From sequence record NC_135729.1: a stretch of 64,000 bases of DNA; one strand, 5' to 3'. Position numbers and translations under genes: made by a program. The DNA is from a phage. How positions within the stretch are numbered: the first letter of the stretch is position 1; every line of letters starts with the position of its first letter. This document shows, piece by piece, positions 27,604 to 36,748 of the stretch. The notes under the pieces were generated by a model, which saw only the letters and a list, made by a program, of their open reading frames with translations, was not told where the DNA came from and ran no database searches.

Positions 27604-27886
27604 GAAACCTGTAAAAGAGAAATTCGATAAGACAGCTTTTGTATTCGATACACCTCTGGACGATATCATCAGAGGTATGCAAGCCTTGTATCGGAAGGCT
27701 GAATCTGAGCAGTTGTCTGAATCAGAACTTTACTGGCTTGGTTGGTGGGAGTTAAACCTGCCTAAAGCTGAAAGTTCTTGTCTGAGAACTGTTAAAACGT
27801 GCGCCCAAGAAAACGCTGCACTTGGAATCTACCACAAAAGGAAAAGATCAACAAAAAGCTCTCCAAGAAAGACTAAAAAGTCTTGA
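27593..27886 (+). CDS. hypothetical protein
   Basis: 97-aa ORF with basic C-terminus. Confidence 0.35.
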   Translation: MMAKKPVKEKFDKTAFVFDTPLDDIIRGMQALYRKAESEQLSESELYWLGWWELNLPKAESSCLRTVKTCAQENAALGIYHKRKRSTKSSPRKTKKS

Positions 27887-27912
27887 CAAAAGTGTTATTA
27901 ATCTGATATTAT
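27883..27912 (+). promoter_or_regulatory. sigma70-like promoter
   Basis: TTGACA, 18-nt spacer, TATTAT. Confidence 0.55.
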
Positions 27913-27945
27913 CGGTCAGATATCTATAAACTAGGAGAACTAGAT

Positions 27946-28254
27946 ATGCTTAAAATTTTTATTATTGAAGATAAAGATATTGTCCAGTTGTATGCAAACG
28001 AGAATCATAAAGGTATGATTCTGAAGAAGGCAAGCAACCTTCATGAAAACACAATTCAACCTGGCGATGTAATTAAGATCTGTGGTTATATGATACCAGA
28101 CTCCTTGATGAAAATAACCCACCACTGGGGGTCTAATCCGTTCCTTTTTGAAAAGTATTGGGATGTTGAGTCACTTATTGCAGAGAGTGATGATGCATTC
28201 CATTACAGCATCCAACCATCTTGCAGAATAACTAACAGGAGGGTCTTTGAGTAG
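27946..28254 (+). CDS. hypothetical protein
   Basis: 102-aa ORF with GGAGAA SD. Confidence 0.4.
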   Translation: MLKIFIIEDKDIVQLYANENHKGMILKKASNLHENTIQPGDVIKICGYMIPDSLMKITHHWGSNPFLFEKYWDVESLIAESDDAFHYSIQPSCRITNRRVFE

Positions 28255-29386
28255 AGAATATCCACTTATTGAGTCCATAGATTGTCTGGCTGATCTTCTT
28301 GAACCTGACGCTATAGTTTATTATGACTTCGATCAGGTTGCATATCAAGCTGCAGCAAGTTGTGAAAAAAGGACAATTGAGGTAACACACAAAGCCTCCG
28401 GACGTAAGAAGATGTTTAAAACACGAACAGAGTTCTGGGGGCGGCAGAAGAACACCGTTGGTGGTTGGTTAAAAGCTGAGAATACCAACCGTGAAGCTGC
28501 ATGTAAAAAGGCTGGCAAGGAGTTTATTCCGTGGACACGAGAAGATTTCGATGTCTTGGATATCCAAACCCCAGATCCTGTAGAGAACTGCTTGCACACA
28601 ATTAAGTGTAAAGCTAATGCAGTCCTTAATTATCTCGGTATTCCGGAAGATCGGTGCGTTGGGGTGCTGGGAGGCACAGGTAACTTCAGACTAGATCTCC
28701 CAATGCCGGAAAGATATAAAGCCAACCGTAACAATACTCTTCGACCACTGCTGCTTGGAGATGCAAGACAGTATCTCCAAAAGCAGTATAATGCTCAAGT
28801 GATCAACGGTATCGAGGCTGACGACTGGTTAGCTATCCAGCAATTTGAAGGTTGGAACCACTACCAAAAAACAGGTAAGTTCAACAAGTTTATTATCTCT
28901 ATTGATAAGGACCAAAGAACACTACCGGGGCTTGTGTTCGATCCCATGCGAAACGATAAGGGAGATTTTGTAAGGGAAACCCCTATGCTGATCGATAACG
29001 GTATGGGGAACATCTTCATGAAGCCTAATGGAGAGGTTGGTGGTTACGGAATGCTGTTCTTCGGATACCAAATGCTGTGTGGTGACTCTGCCGACAATAT
29101 TAAGCCGTATCAAGGACTTATCGGTAAGGGTAAGTTCGGGGATGCCTCAGCATTCTACCTACTGTCTCAGTGCAGCACTCCAAAGGAGATGTGGGTGGCT
29201 ATTATTGATCAGTACAAGAAGTGGTTCCCGAAAGGTGTTGTTAAGTATACTGACTTCAACGGTATTGATCGTAGAATTTCCGTAGGTCAGTGGATGAGTA
29301 TAATTTTTGACTGTTTGTATATGAAGCGAACATTCAATGATCAAACAAAACTTGTTAACGTTCTTAGAAATGTTGGAGCAATTTGA
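28247..29386 (+). CDS. 5'-3' exonuclease / flap endonuclease (T4 RNase H-like)
   Basis: YDFDQVAY, GIEADDWLA and GDSADNIKPY motifs parallel to T4 RNase H / FEN family. Confidence 0.7.
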   Translation: MSREYPLIESIDCLADLLEPDAIVYYDFDQVAYQAAASCEKRTIEVTHKASGRKKMFKTRTEFWGRQKNTVGGWLKAENTNREAACKKAGKEFIPWTREDFDVLDIQTPDPVENCLHTIKCKANAVLNYLGIPEDRCVGVLGGTGNFRLDLPMPERYKANRNNTLRPLLLGDARQYLQKQYNAQVINGIEADDWLAIQQFEGWNHYQKTGKFNKFIISIDKDQRTLPGLVFDPMRNDKGDFVRETPMLIDNGMGNIFMKPNGEVGGYGMLFFGYQMLCGDSADNIKPYQGLIGKGKFGDASAFYLLSQCSTPKEMWVAIIDQYKKWFPKGVVKYTDFNGIDRRISVGQWMSIIFDCLYMKRTFNDQTKLVNVLRNVGAI

Positions 29387-29718
29387 TGACTAAAAATTCT
29401 GTAGATAATGCAATTATGGAAGCTGTTTTTGAGGATGATCATACAACAGGGACCATTAAAACAAAAAATACATTTATTGTTGCCACAGGTATGTGGCGGT
29501 TGTATGAAGATGACACTATTTCATACATCCTGTACACAGATGATTACGCAGATGACCGTGTATGGTCTGCTGTTTTAAAAGAGGATTGTGAGTTGATTGA
29601 GGGCGAGCGGTTATGCATGTTCACCAGTGTGGAAACAGATGTTAAGCTTTGCTCTCTCGTCTTGTTCAAAGATAAGGCTTATGCTCCTGATGAAGGAGAG
29701 GAGGATGAGGAAGCATGA
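29383..29718 (+). CDS. hypothetical acidic protein
   Basis: 111-aa ORF with EGEEDEEA tail. Confidence 0.35.
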   Translation: MMTKNSVDNAIMEAVFEDDHTTGTIKTKNTFIVATGMWRLYEDDTISYILYTDDYADDRVWSAVLKEDCELIEGERLCMFTSVETDVKLCSLVLFKDKAYAPDEGEEDEEA

Positions 29719-30344
29719 GAGAGCGTCTATTATCCATAGACCAGTCGTTGACACACACAGCTTGCGTTGTATGGGACGATGGAAAGCCTGTTCATAAGGT
29801 TGTGTTACGAACTCAAAGCTCATCTGCAAAAGAGAAGAAACCAGGGACGGTTTCTTTTGCAACAGCTGCTGAGCGTATTGACTGGATCTGCAAACAGGTC
29901 AGATATTATATCCACACGCATCACGTTGACACCGTGGTTATGGAAGGGCTTTCCTTTGGATCACGCGGGGATGCCACACGTGAACTGGCTGGGTTGTTTT
30001 ACGGTCTTGAAATTATGCTTTGGGATGCCTTAGCTGATTGTGAAAATGACGGCCTGTTTAAGGTCCACACAGTGACACCAACAACTGCCAAAAAGTTTGC
30101 TCGTAGTCATCTTCCTGAAGAACTTGCTTTTGAGGAGAAGAAAAAGCTTGACAAAAAGACAGGTAAAGAGCATACTGTGAAGAAACCTGTTACAATGGAT
30201 AAAAAGTTGATGGTTAAGGCCTGCGAAGTATCTGAACCTGGGTTCCTAGACGGGATCAATTTGGTACAAGGTAAGGCCGATCTCGCAGATGCTTATTGGA
30301 TAGGCAGGGCTCATCTGGAGGGATTATCGCAAAGCGTAAAATAA
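29715..30344 (+). CDS. possible RuvC-like Holliday junction resolvase
   Basis: N-terminal SIDQSLTHTACVVWD and downstream VVMEG/D-rich segments resemble the RuvC fold; weak. Confidence 0.35.
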   Translation: MRERLLSIDQSLTHTACVVWDDGKPVHKVVLRTQSSSAKEKKPGTVSFATAAERIDWICKQVRYYIHTHHVDTVVMEGLSFGSRGDATRELAGLFYGLEIMLWDALADCENDGLFKVHTVTPTTAKKFARSHLPEELAFEEKKKLDKKTGKEHTVKKPVTMDKKLMVKACEVSEPGFLDGINLVQGKADLADAYWIGRAHLEGLSQSVK

Positions 30345-30901
30345 GAAAGAAAGCTGTCAAAGCCCCAGTTCATAACGGGTGGTTAAAAGATTCTAAGGAC
30401 ATAGCCAACTTTCGAAAAGAATTGTCAGAGGAGCAGGATGGTCTTGATCCGATCTTGTGCGAGCCACTTCGTAAGCCTTGTTTAGATCATGATCATCTGA
30501 CTGGTCGTTGCAGGGGTGTTTTGTCTCAATGCACTAATACCTTTGAGGGGTATGTGCTTAAATACTGGATGAAATACTGTAACGAGTATACAGATTGCAG
30601 TTTATCAGAGGCGTTGCGCCGGATGGCTGACTATTTGGAGAAAGACTACAGCGACTTCCCGCTCCACAAAAACTACAGAGATGATATGACAAAGTTCTTG
30701 AGGAGATGCTCTAAAGCTACGATTATTGCACGAGCAGAATCAGATCTCAATCTTGTCATTGATCCGGAGTGCACCAAGCATGAGGCTATTGAGTTCTACA
30801 TGCAAGAGTTTATAAAGAAAACTGAGGAGAGAGATTTCTATGGGGATGAAAAAGGTATTCAATCCTTGCGACTCAGTCCTGATCAGGATGAAATACCGTA
30901 A
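30296..30901 (+). CDS. endonuclease VII-like junction-resolving enzyme
   Basis: LDHDHLTGRCRGVLSQCTNTFEG parallels the T4 endo VII motif; 5' end overlaps upstream ORF, start uncertain. Confidence 0.5.
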   Translation: MDRQGSSGGIIAKRKIRKKAVKAPVHNGWLKDSKDIANFRKELSEEQDGLDPILCEPLRKPCLDHDHLTGRCRGVLSQCTNTFEGYVLKYWMKYCNEYTDCSLSEALRRMADYLEKDYSDFPLHKNYRDDMTKFLRRCSKATIIARAESDLNLVIDPECTKHEAIEFYMQEFIKKTEERDFYGDEKGIQSLRLSPDQDEIP

Positions 30902-31061
30902 CTGGAAAGGTGTTGTTGCAGATCGCTGCGTTACTGAGCCTAATTTATGGTTTGGCTCTACAGAGTATCATAAAGAAGAGCAGTGGTTGATGCGTGCCTT
31001 CGATGTAGACAAGGGCGAATATCGTGACTTCGCTTTAAAAGACATTCTTCAGTTTTACTAA
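30888..31061 (+). CDS. hypothetical protein
   Basis: Short ORF; start chosen at internal Met MKYRNW. Confidence 0.3.
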   Translation: MKYRNWKGVVADRCVTEPNLWFGSTEYHKEEQWLMRAFDVDKGEYRDFALKDILQFY

Positions 31062-31073
31062 GGAATCTTAACG

Positions 31074-32057
31074 ATGATGACAAAGTTAACTCTTGAGCAA
31101 ATTTTAACACTAAAGCAACAAGGATACACTAATAGACAAATTGCTCGTGAATTTTTAGGCCGTGAGTCACGTGAGAGCTGGATCCGACTACAGCTTAAAC
31201 GTGCACAAGAGAATATGTCAGAGATTGTAGGAGAAGCAACGGAGCGCTTCCTTGAAGAGCACAAAGGTGCTAAAGTTTGGGTGTATGATACAGAGACATC
31301 CCCAACAAACGGCTGGTTCTTTGGGCACTATAAGACCAACATTCAAACCTGCGGTATTGAAATTATGCCCTACATGCTAACTTTCGCAGGTAAGTGGTTA
31401 GACAGTCCTAGTGTGGTTGACTGCGCTCTTCCTGATTACAAAATGTGGGATGAGGATATTCACAATGATCTCGAATTGATTCAGGATTTGTGGTATTATC
31501 TGGATAAATGTGATGTCGCAGTAGCCCACAATTCAGGTTTTGACTGTGGGTGGGCCAACCAACGATTTGCATTTCACGGATTGCCTCCAACAAGCCCCTA
31601 CAAAGAGGTTGACACCCTTAAAATGATCAAGAAGGCATTCCGTTTGAATGCAAACACTTTGGAGTATGCATGCAAATACTTCCAACTTGCCCGACAGAAA
31701 CTGATTGACCACACATTTGAAATGTGGATCAAGTGTGTTCACGGTGATCTTGAGGCGTTTAAACAGATGCGGGAGTACAATGTTGGCGATATCCTATCTC
31801 TGGAAGGCCTGTATTTGCTGGCTCGCCCGTTTGCTAAGCAGCACCCCAACATGTCATTGTACTACCAGGATGAGGAGCCAAAAGTTCGTTGCCCACGCTG
31901 TGGTGGAGAACACCTTCACGAGGAAGAAGCTTTGGCGTATACTCAACTGAGTGCATTTAAAACATACCGCTGCGAAGGTTGTGGATCTGTTGTTCGTGAC
32001 CGTAACAACATCCGCACCAGAGAAGAAATGAAAAATACCCTGATTCAGATAATCTAA
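31074..32057 (+). CDS. DEDD-family 3'-5' exonuclease with N-terminal HTH and C-terminal zinc ribbon
   Basis: Exo I YDTETS, Exo II HNSGFDCGW, Exo III-like YNVGD; C-terminal CPRCGG...CEGCGS. Confidence 0.55.
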   Translation: MMTKLTLEQILTLKQQGYTNRQIAREFLGRESRESWIRLQLKRAQENMSEIVGEATERFLEEHKGAKVWVYDTETSPTNGWFFGHYKTNIQTCGIEIMPYMLTFAGKWLDSPSVVDCALPDYKMWDEDIHNDLELIQDLWYYLDKCDVAVAHNSGFDCGWANQRFAFHGLPPTSPYKEVDTLKMIKKAFRLNANTLEYACKYFQLARQKLIDHTFEMWIKCVHGDLEAFKQMREYNVGDILSLEGLYLLARPFAKQHPNMSLYYQDEEPKVRCPRCGGEHLHEEEALAYTQLSAFKTYRCEGCGSVVRDRNNIRTREEMKNTLIQII

Positions 32058-32064
32058 CAATTAT

Positions 32065-32093
32065 AGGGAGGCTTGCGCCTCCCTTTTCCTTTT
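32065..32093 (+). terminator. intrinsic terminator
   Basis: AGGGAGGC-ttgc-GCCTCCCT followed by TTTTCCTTTT. Confidence 0.6.
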
Positions 32094-32921
32094 GGAGGCA
32101 CTTTGAGCAAGAAAGAGTCCAACGACAAATACTACACAAACCCTGAGTATGCAGAATATCTTGTTGGTAAAGTAAAAGATAAGTATGGGAATTGTGCATA
32201 CGTTGAGCCTTCTGCTGGAAGGGGTTCTTTTTCAAAACTATTTTCAGAGATACTGTCGTACGATTTAGTACCAGATCCTGAATTTGAAGGACCAACACCG
32301 TGCATTCAGGCAAACTTCTTGGAGGTGCATCCCAAGGCAGATGTCTTCATAGGTAACCCACCATTTGGCAAGAATTCATCCTTAGCTTGCAAATTCTTTA
32401 ACCATTGTGCATCATTGCTAGAGCTTGGAGGGGCTATAGCCTTCATCTTGCCACGGACATTTGAAAAAATATTTTTTGCAAACAAACTGGACATGTCGAT
32501 GCACCTTGTCTACAGCGAAAGGTGCCCTAAGAATTCGTTTTTACTTAATGGCAAACCTTATGACGTGCCATGTGTTTTCCAAATTTGGGAGAAAAAGGCG
32601 TGCAATAGGGATCCTGTAGAGATTGGAGAGAATAAGTTATTTTCTTTTAGCACACCAGATGACTACGACTTCTGTGTAAGACGTGTTGGGTATAATGCTG
32701 GAAAAGTATTGGGGGATGATGACCCAAAATCTGAAGAATCAACATATTTCATAAAATCTTTAGTTAACGGTGTTGACAGAGTGTTTGCTGAATGCTATTC
32801 TTCTTTTCAAGAAGAAGCAGGTAAGACTGCTGGAATGAAGAGTATAGGTAAGAAAGAACTACAATACATTTTGGAGACCAGGTATGATCAAAAGCATAGA
32901 CTTGACCAAAGAACTTACTGA
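32073..32921 (+). CDS. N6-adenine DNA methyltransferase (gamma class)
   Basis: Motif I VEPSAGRGSF and motif IV GNPPFG; track start lies inside the terminator hairpin, so true start probably TTG near 32103 after GGAGG. Confidence 0.6.
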   Translation: MRLPFPFGGTLSKKESNDKYYTNPEYAEYLVGKVKDKYGNCAYVEPSAGRGSFSKLFSEILSYDLVPDPEFEGPTPCIQANFLEVHPKADVFIGNPPFGKNSSLACKFFNHCASLLELGGAIAFILPRTFEKIFFANKLDMSMHLVYSERCPKNSFLLNGKPYDVPCVFQIWEKKACNRDPVEIGENKLFSFSTPDDYDFCVRRVGYNAGKVLGDDDPKSEESTYFIKSLVNGVDRVFAECYSSFQEEAGKTAGMKSIGKKELQYILETRYDQKHRLDQRTY

Positions 32922-33342
32922 TGCAAAAGCTTTTGGTGAGACAGCGGTACAAAGAGGACAGGCGATGGGACTGGCACTACCTTTCGTCTTAAAAGAGCAC
33001 TTTACAGATTTTCAACTTATCAAAGGTGATAAGGGAATGCTTATCCTGGAGCATAAGTTGAGTAAGAAACGCTATAAAGTCGTTTTTAATTCTAAAGCTC
33101 CAACAAAACTGGGATTCAGAACTTACAATCTTAACCCATCCTACACTAAGGGTGTTGGAAGGGTAGAACAACAGCATTTCAGTGCCAGAGCTTCTTTAGC
33201 CCCTTTGATGCTAAATTTCTCAGGGGTGGCTTTAGGATACCTTGATAAGAAAAGGGTTCTTCATGTTCGTTTCACAGACTTTGTAACGCTTTTAGCTAAC
33301 AACGAGGTTGATGAGAAGGGACGTGTAAAAACAAACTTCTAA
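32884..33342 (+). CDS. hypothetical protein overlapping methyltransferase 3' end
   Basis: 152-aa ORF overlapping the methyltransferase by about 38 nt. Confidence 0.35.
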   Translation: MIKSIDLTKELTDAKAFGETAVQRGQAMGLALPFVLKEHFTDFQLIKGDKGMLILEHKLSKKRYKVVFNSKAPTKLGFRTYNLNPSYTKGVGRVEQQHFSARASLAPLMLNFSGVALGYLDKKRVLHVRFTDFVTLLANNEVDEKGRVKTNF

Positions 33343-33357
33343 TAACGCATAGTATGA

Positions 33358-33561
33358 TTGGAGACCGAAATGACACTAGAGTTAACAATTCCAGACAGCT
33401 TTTCAGAAAACTTTATCCCAGAAATGATGAGTAAGATGCGATCATTGCTTGATCAGATTGAGGAGGCTGTTTGGGAAGACGATGCTGTAGTGGCTAACGA
33501 GCTGGTAGATAAGTGTAAAAGTATTATTGATGCAGTTGAAGAATACCACGGAGGTTTTTAA
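33358..33561 (+). CDS. hypothetical small acidic protein
   Basis: 67-aa ORF. Confidence 0.3.
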   Translation: METEMTLELTIPDSFSENFIPEMMSKMRSLLDQIEEAVWEDDAVVANELVDKCKSIIDAVEEYHGGF

Positions 33562-34175
33562 TGGATATTATTGTTCTTAACGCCCCACCCAGCAGTGGTA
33601 AGGATCACATTGCAGATCTCTTGTTGGAAGCTATTCCTAACTCACACCACCGTGAGGTTAAGGAAATGCTCTTCAGTGTGGCAATTAAGGCAGCTGGTGT
33701 AACTCCTCAACTCTGGAATGCACTTTATGACCGCCACTACAAAGAAGAGCCTTGCCCTTTCTTAATGATAGACGGCAAGCATGTTTCTCCGCGAGAATGG
33801 ATGATCCATTGTAGTGAAAATCTGATTAAACCTATCTTTGGTGAAGATGCTTTCGGTAAAGCCGCAGTCGCATCTTTGAAGAAAGATTTCCCTGAAGGTA
33901 AAGGGGTTATTGTTTACTCCGATGGGGGATTCAAAGAGGAGCTGGCATGCCTTAGCGAGTACGCATACAGCACAGGTGGAGATCTGTTGTTGTTCCGTAT
34001 TCACCGTGTAGGATATGACTGGGGAAATGATTCCAGAACCTATCTAAGTCTGGAAAAGAACGGAATAAAAGGGGTTGAGTTTGATGTTGTAAACCCTGAA
34101 GGTGCACCTTGGGAGTGTGCATCGGAGATTGTGTGCAAGTATATTGATGCTAAAGAGGCCCAAGAAGAATGTTAA
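33561..34175 (+). CDS. deoxynucleoside monophosphate kinase
   Basis: N-terminus IIVLNAPPSSGKDHIADLL parallels T4 gp1 dNMP kinase P-loop region. Confidence 0.6.
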   Translation: MDIIVLNAPPSSGKDHIADLLLEAIPNSHHREVKEMLFSVAIKAAGVTPQLWNALYDRHYKEEPCPFLMIDGKHVSPREWMIHCSENLIKPIFGEDAFGKAAVASLKKDFPEGKGVIVYSDGGFKEELACLSEYAYSTGGDLLLFRIHRVGYDWGNDSRTYLSLEKNGIKGVEFDVVNPEGAPWECASEIVCKYIDAKEAQEEC

Positions 34176-34762
34176 TCGGAATTGATGTAGATCTGACACT
34201 GGTAGATTCAGGAACAGCATGGTGGGAGTGGTTGGAGCGTTTGTATGGTCCAGCCAGTAAGACAGTAGCTAAACCTTCTAATGGGCTAATGTATTACGAT
34301 CTGTCAAAGTATTGGCCTGATCGTCCCAAAGAAAACATCATAGGACCTTTTGATTTCTGGAGTGATCCGTTCCTCTACGACTTCCTTAAGCCTGAAGAGG
34401 GGGCTATTGAGGTTATGAAAGATTTGGTGGCTCGTGGTCACAAGCTTGCATTTATCTCGGTATGCAAGAAAGGTCACCTTGCATCTAAATCAAGGTTCTT
34501 AAAGCGTTGGACCAGTGATTTTATGGATCTGGACGATCACACCCAGGGCCACGGCTTCTACGCCACACATTTCAAAGGTAATGTGGCTGTAGATGTTATA
34601 ATTGACGACAGGCATGAATACCTGAACCAATTCGCTTCACGACCTGAAGTTATTAAAATCCTAAAAGACACACCTTATGAGCAATTCGAGGAGTTAAAGG
34701 TCAGTGTTGACTATACCACTAATAGCTGGTATAAAATAGGAAAGTTTTTAGAAGGTATTTGA
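34169..34762 (+). CDS. HAD-family phosphatase (possible 5'-deoxyribonucleotidase)
   Basis: N-terminal HAD motif I GIDVDLTLVDS. Confidence 0.5.
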   Translation: MLIGIDVDLTLVDSGTAWWEWLERLYGPASKTVAKPSNGLMYYDLSKYWPDRPKENIIGPFDFWSDPFLYDFLKPEEGAIEVMKDLVARGHKLAFISVCKKGHLASKSRFLKRWTSDFMDLDDHTQGHGFYATHFKGNVAVDVIIDDRHEYLNQFASRPEVIKILKDTPYEQFEELKVSVDYTTNSWYKIGKFLEGI

Positions 34763-34763
34763 A

Positions 34764-34964
34764 ATGGGCAGATGTTCTAAAGGTGGCGATCCTGTAGTCA
34801 GATACGGTGACTGGCTGGAGGTATATGATCTGGGTGGCAAGCTGGTGTATGCCTCCAGGATCACCCAAGACATGTGCTCCGATATGTTCAACAGATACCT
34901 TGCATTTAAGGCTAACATAAGCCCAGACGAAATTTCCAAAATTAAAACAAGGAGAGCTAAATAA
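34764..34964 (+). CDS. hypothetical protein
   Basis: 66-aa ORF. Confidence 0.3.
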   Translation: MGRCSKGGDPVVRYGDWLEVYDLGGKLVYASRITQDMCSDMFNRYLAFKANISPDEISKIKTRRAK

Positions 34965-35947
34965 TGCTAAAACTGTGCACTGCAAAGATCATTGCTGACA
35001 GCATTTCCGAGAAAGGTAAGCGTATCACCACTTTTGAGCTAGAGTATCCTCGAATTATTCACTCAGAGCTTATGACACATCGAGTGTTCAGCCGAAACGC
35101 CATGTCTTCCCGTGCAGTGCCTGTCGGCAAGATGCTGCAACAGATTGTGGAGAATCCGGCAATGCCAGTTCGCTTCGGTGTAAATAAGCGAGGGATGGAA
35201 GATGGTGGAGAACACGATCAAAAGATCCGTGTAGAGTACACTGACATGGAGTTAACTCCTGAAGAATTTTGGAAAGAAGCTGCAAAAAACGCCGCTTGGC
35301 ATGCAGAGAAGTTCGCCCTTGCTGGTTACCATAAGCAAGTATGTAACCGCTTAGTGGAGCCTTTTCAACGCATGAAAACAGTTGTAACAAGCACCGAGTG
35401 GAATAATTTTTTCCACCTCCGTTGCTGGCACGATGCGGATCCTACGATTCAGATGTTGGCTAATTGCATGTGGGAAGCTCTTGTGAATAGCACCCCTGAG
35501 ATCCTTAAACCGGGTCAATGGCACACCCCATATGTAGAGCACGTTTATTTGGACGGAGAGTTTAACTACGCTGTACGTGACACAGAAGGAAAGCTCTGCA
35601 TCCTCGATACTAAAGAAGCTCTGTCTATCAGTGCTAGTTGCTGTGCACAAGTATCTTATCGAAATATTGACAGCACGTTTGAAAAGGCAGACAGTGTGGC
35701 TAAAAAATTGATTGGTGGGGATCGTATTCATGCAAGCCCTTACGAGCACCAGGCAACACCTATGGATCACGATAACGCAATGGAACGTTTAAACTACTAC
35801 CTGTCTTCATGTGAAATCACACAAGACATCAGTACTTGGCAGGAAGGTGTAACCCATCAAGATCGTGATGGTAAATTCTGGTCTGCCAACTTTTGTGGGT
35901 GGATTCAGCACAGACAACTGCTTAATAACCACTTCGTGAAAGGTTAA
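34964..35947 (+). CDS. thyX: ThyX-like flavin-dependent thymidylate synthase
   Basis: ELMTHRVFSRNAMSSRA fits the ThyX RHR-x7-S signature except the first R is T; sits in nucleotide-metabolism cluster. Confidence 0.6.
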   Translation: MLKLCTAKIIADSISEKGKRITTFELEYPRIIHSELMTHRVFSRNAMSSRAVPVGKMLQQIVENPAMPVRFGVNKRGMEDGGEHDQKIRVEYTDMELTPEEFWKEAAKNAAWHAEKFALAGYHKQVCNRLVEPFQRMKTVVTSTEWNNFFHLRCWHDADPTIQMLANCMWEALVNSTPEILKPGQWHTPYVEHVYLDGEFNYAVRDTEGKLCILDTKEALSISASCCAQVSYRNIDSTFEKADSVAKKLIGGDRIHASPYEHQATPMDHDNAMERLNYYLSSCEITQDISTWQEGVTHQDRDGKFWSANFCGWIQHRQLLNNHFVKG

Positions 35948-35976
35948 TCCTATCACAGCGATAGGTAATTTTTGTG

Positions 35977-36005
35977 TTGACTAATAGTATTAGATAATCT
36001 ATAAT
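35977..36005 (+). promoter_or_regulatory. sigma70-like consensus promoter
   Basis: TTGACT, 17-nt spacer, TATAAT; preceded by palindrome CCTATCACAGCGATAGG. Confidence 0.6.
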
Positions 36006-36045
36006 AATGGCTCACTTTGTTAGTGAGCCAGAAATGGAGACAGAT

Positions 36046-36507
36046 ATGAGTAATGTTATGATTCCTAAAAAGACATTTATTTCAGTTACTTTGGATTTCC
36101 TATCTACTGTTCCCGGGTTTAACGTTCGCACACGAAACGGTCTCCGAGCTGCACTCTTTGCCGTAGGGTTTGATTTAAAAAGTATTGATGTTCTTCGTGG
36201 AAAAAACGTTCGATGCAGAAATAAGCCAACACATTATCGAAAGGCAGATGTATTTGCTGGTGTTATGCGTGCAGACTTTAGATACCCGCAAATGTATAAC
36301 GGTGTAGATATTTTAGATGTGGATAAAGCACCCGGTGAGGCAATGCTTGTTCAAGATCTTCCGTATGATATCCCTGTAGAGGATCGTGTTAATGTAAGAA
36401 AGTATACAAAACAATCTGAAAAGGCTGAAGATATTCATATTGTTGATGAACCTTTCAATTTTGAAGATCTGCATCGCCTGGAAAAATTATTCGGTATTGA
36501 AAGCTAA
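36046..36507 (+). CDS. hypothetical protein
   Basis: Track ORF starts at 36007, next to the -10 box; start moved to Met at 36046 (GGAGA SD). Confidence 0.4.
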   Translation: MSNVMIPKKTFISVTLDFLSTVPGFNVRTRNGLRAALFAVGFDLKSIDVLRGKNVRCRNKPTHYRKADVFAGVMRADFRYPQMYNGVDILDVDKAPGEAMLVQDLPYDIPVEDRVNVRKYTKQSEKAEDIHIVDEPFNFEDLHRLEKLFGIES

Positions 36508-36517
36508 GGTGGTGAAG

Positions 36518-36748
36518 ATGAGCCATAACTCCAAGTGGAAGGATCTTGGTTTTGCAAGTCGGGCAGAATATGTTGGTTGGCTTTGGTTCAACGGCCTGAC
36601 AAACGATATTAAAATGTATGATGATGTTTATTATGACGAGTATACAGGTAAAATTATAAATATCTCTGTAGAAGAGGATACTTTTATCCAGCAAGATACT
36701 GATACCTGCCTTGATAAATACGTTAGTGAAGTGGAGGAAGCAAATTGA
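36518..36748 (+). CDS. hypothetical protein
   Basis: Start at Met MSHNSKW with GGTGGTGAAG SD; stop overlaps nrdA start. Confidence 0.35.
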   Translation: MSHNSKWKDLGFASRAEYVGWLWFNGLTNDIKMYDDVYYDEYTGKIINISVEEDTFIQQDTDTCLDKYVSEVEEAN

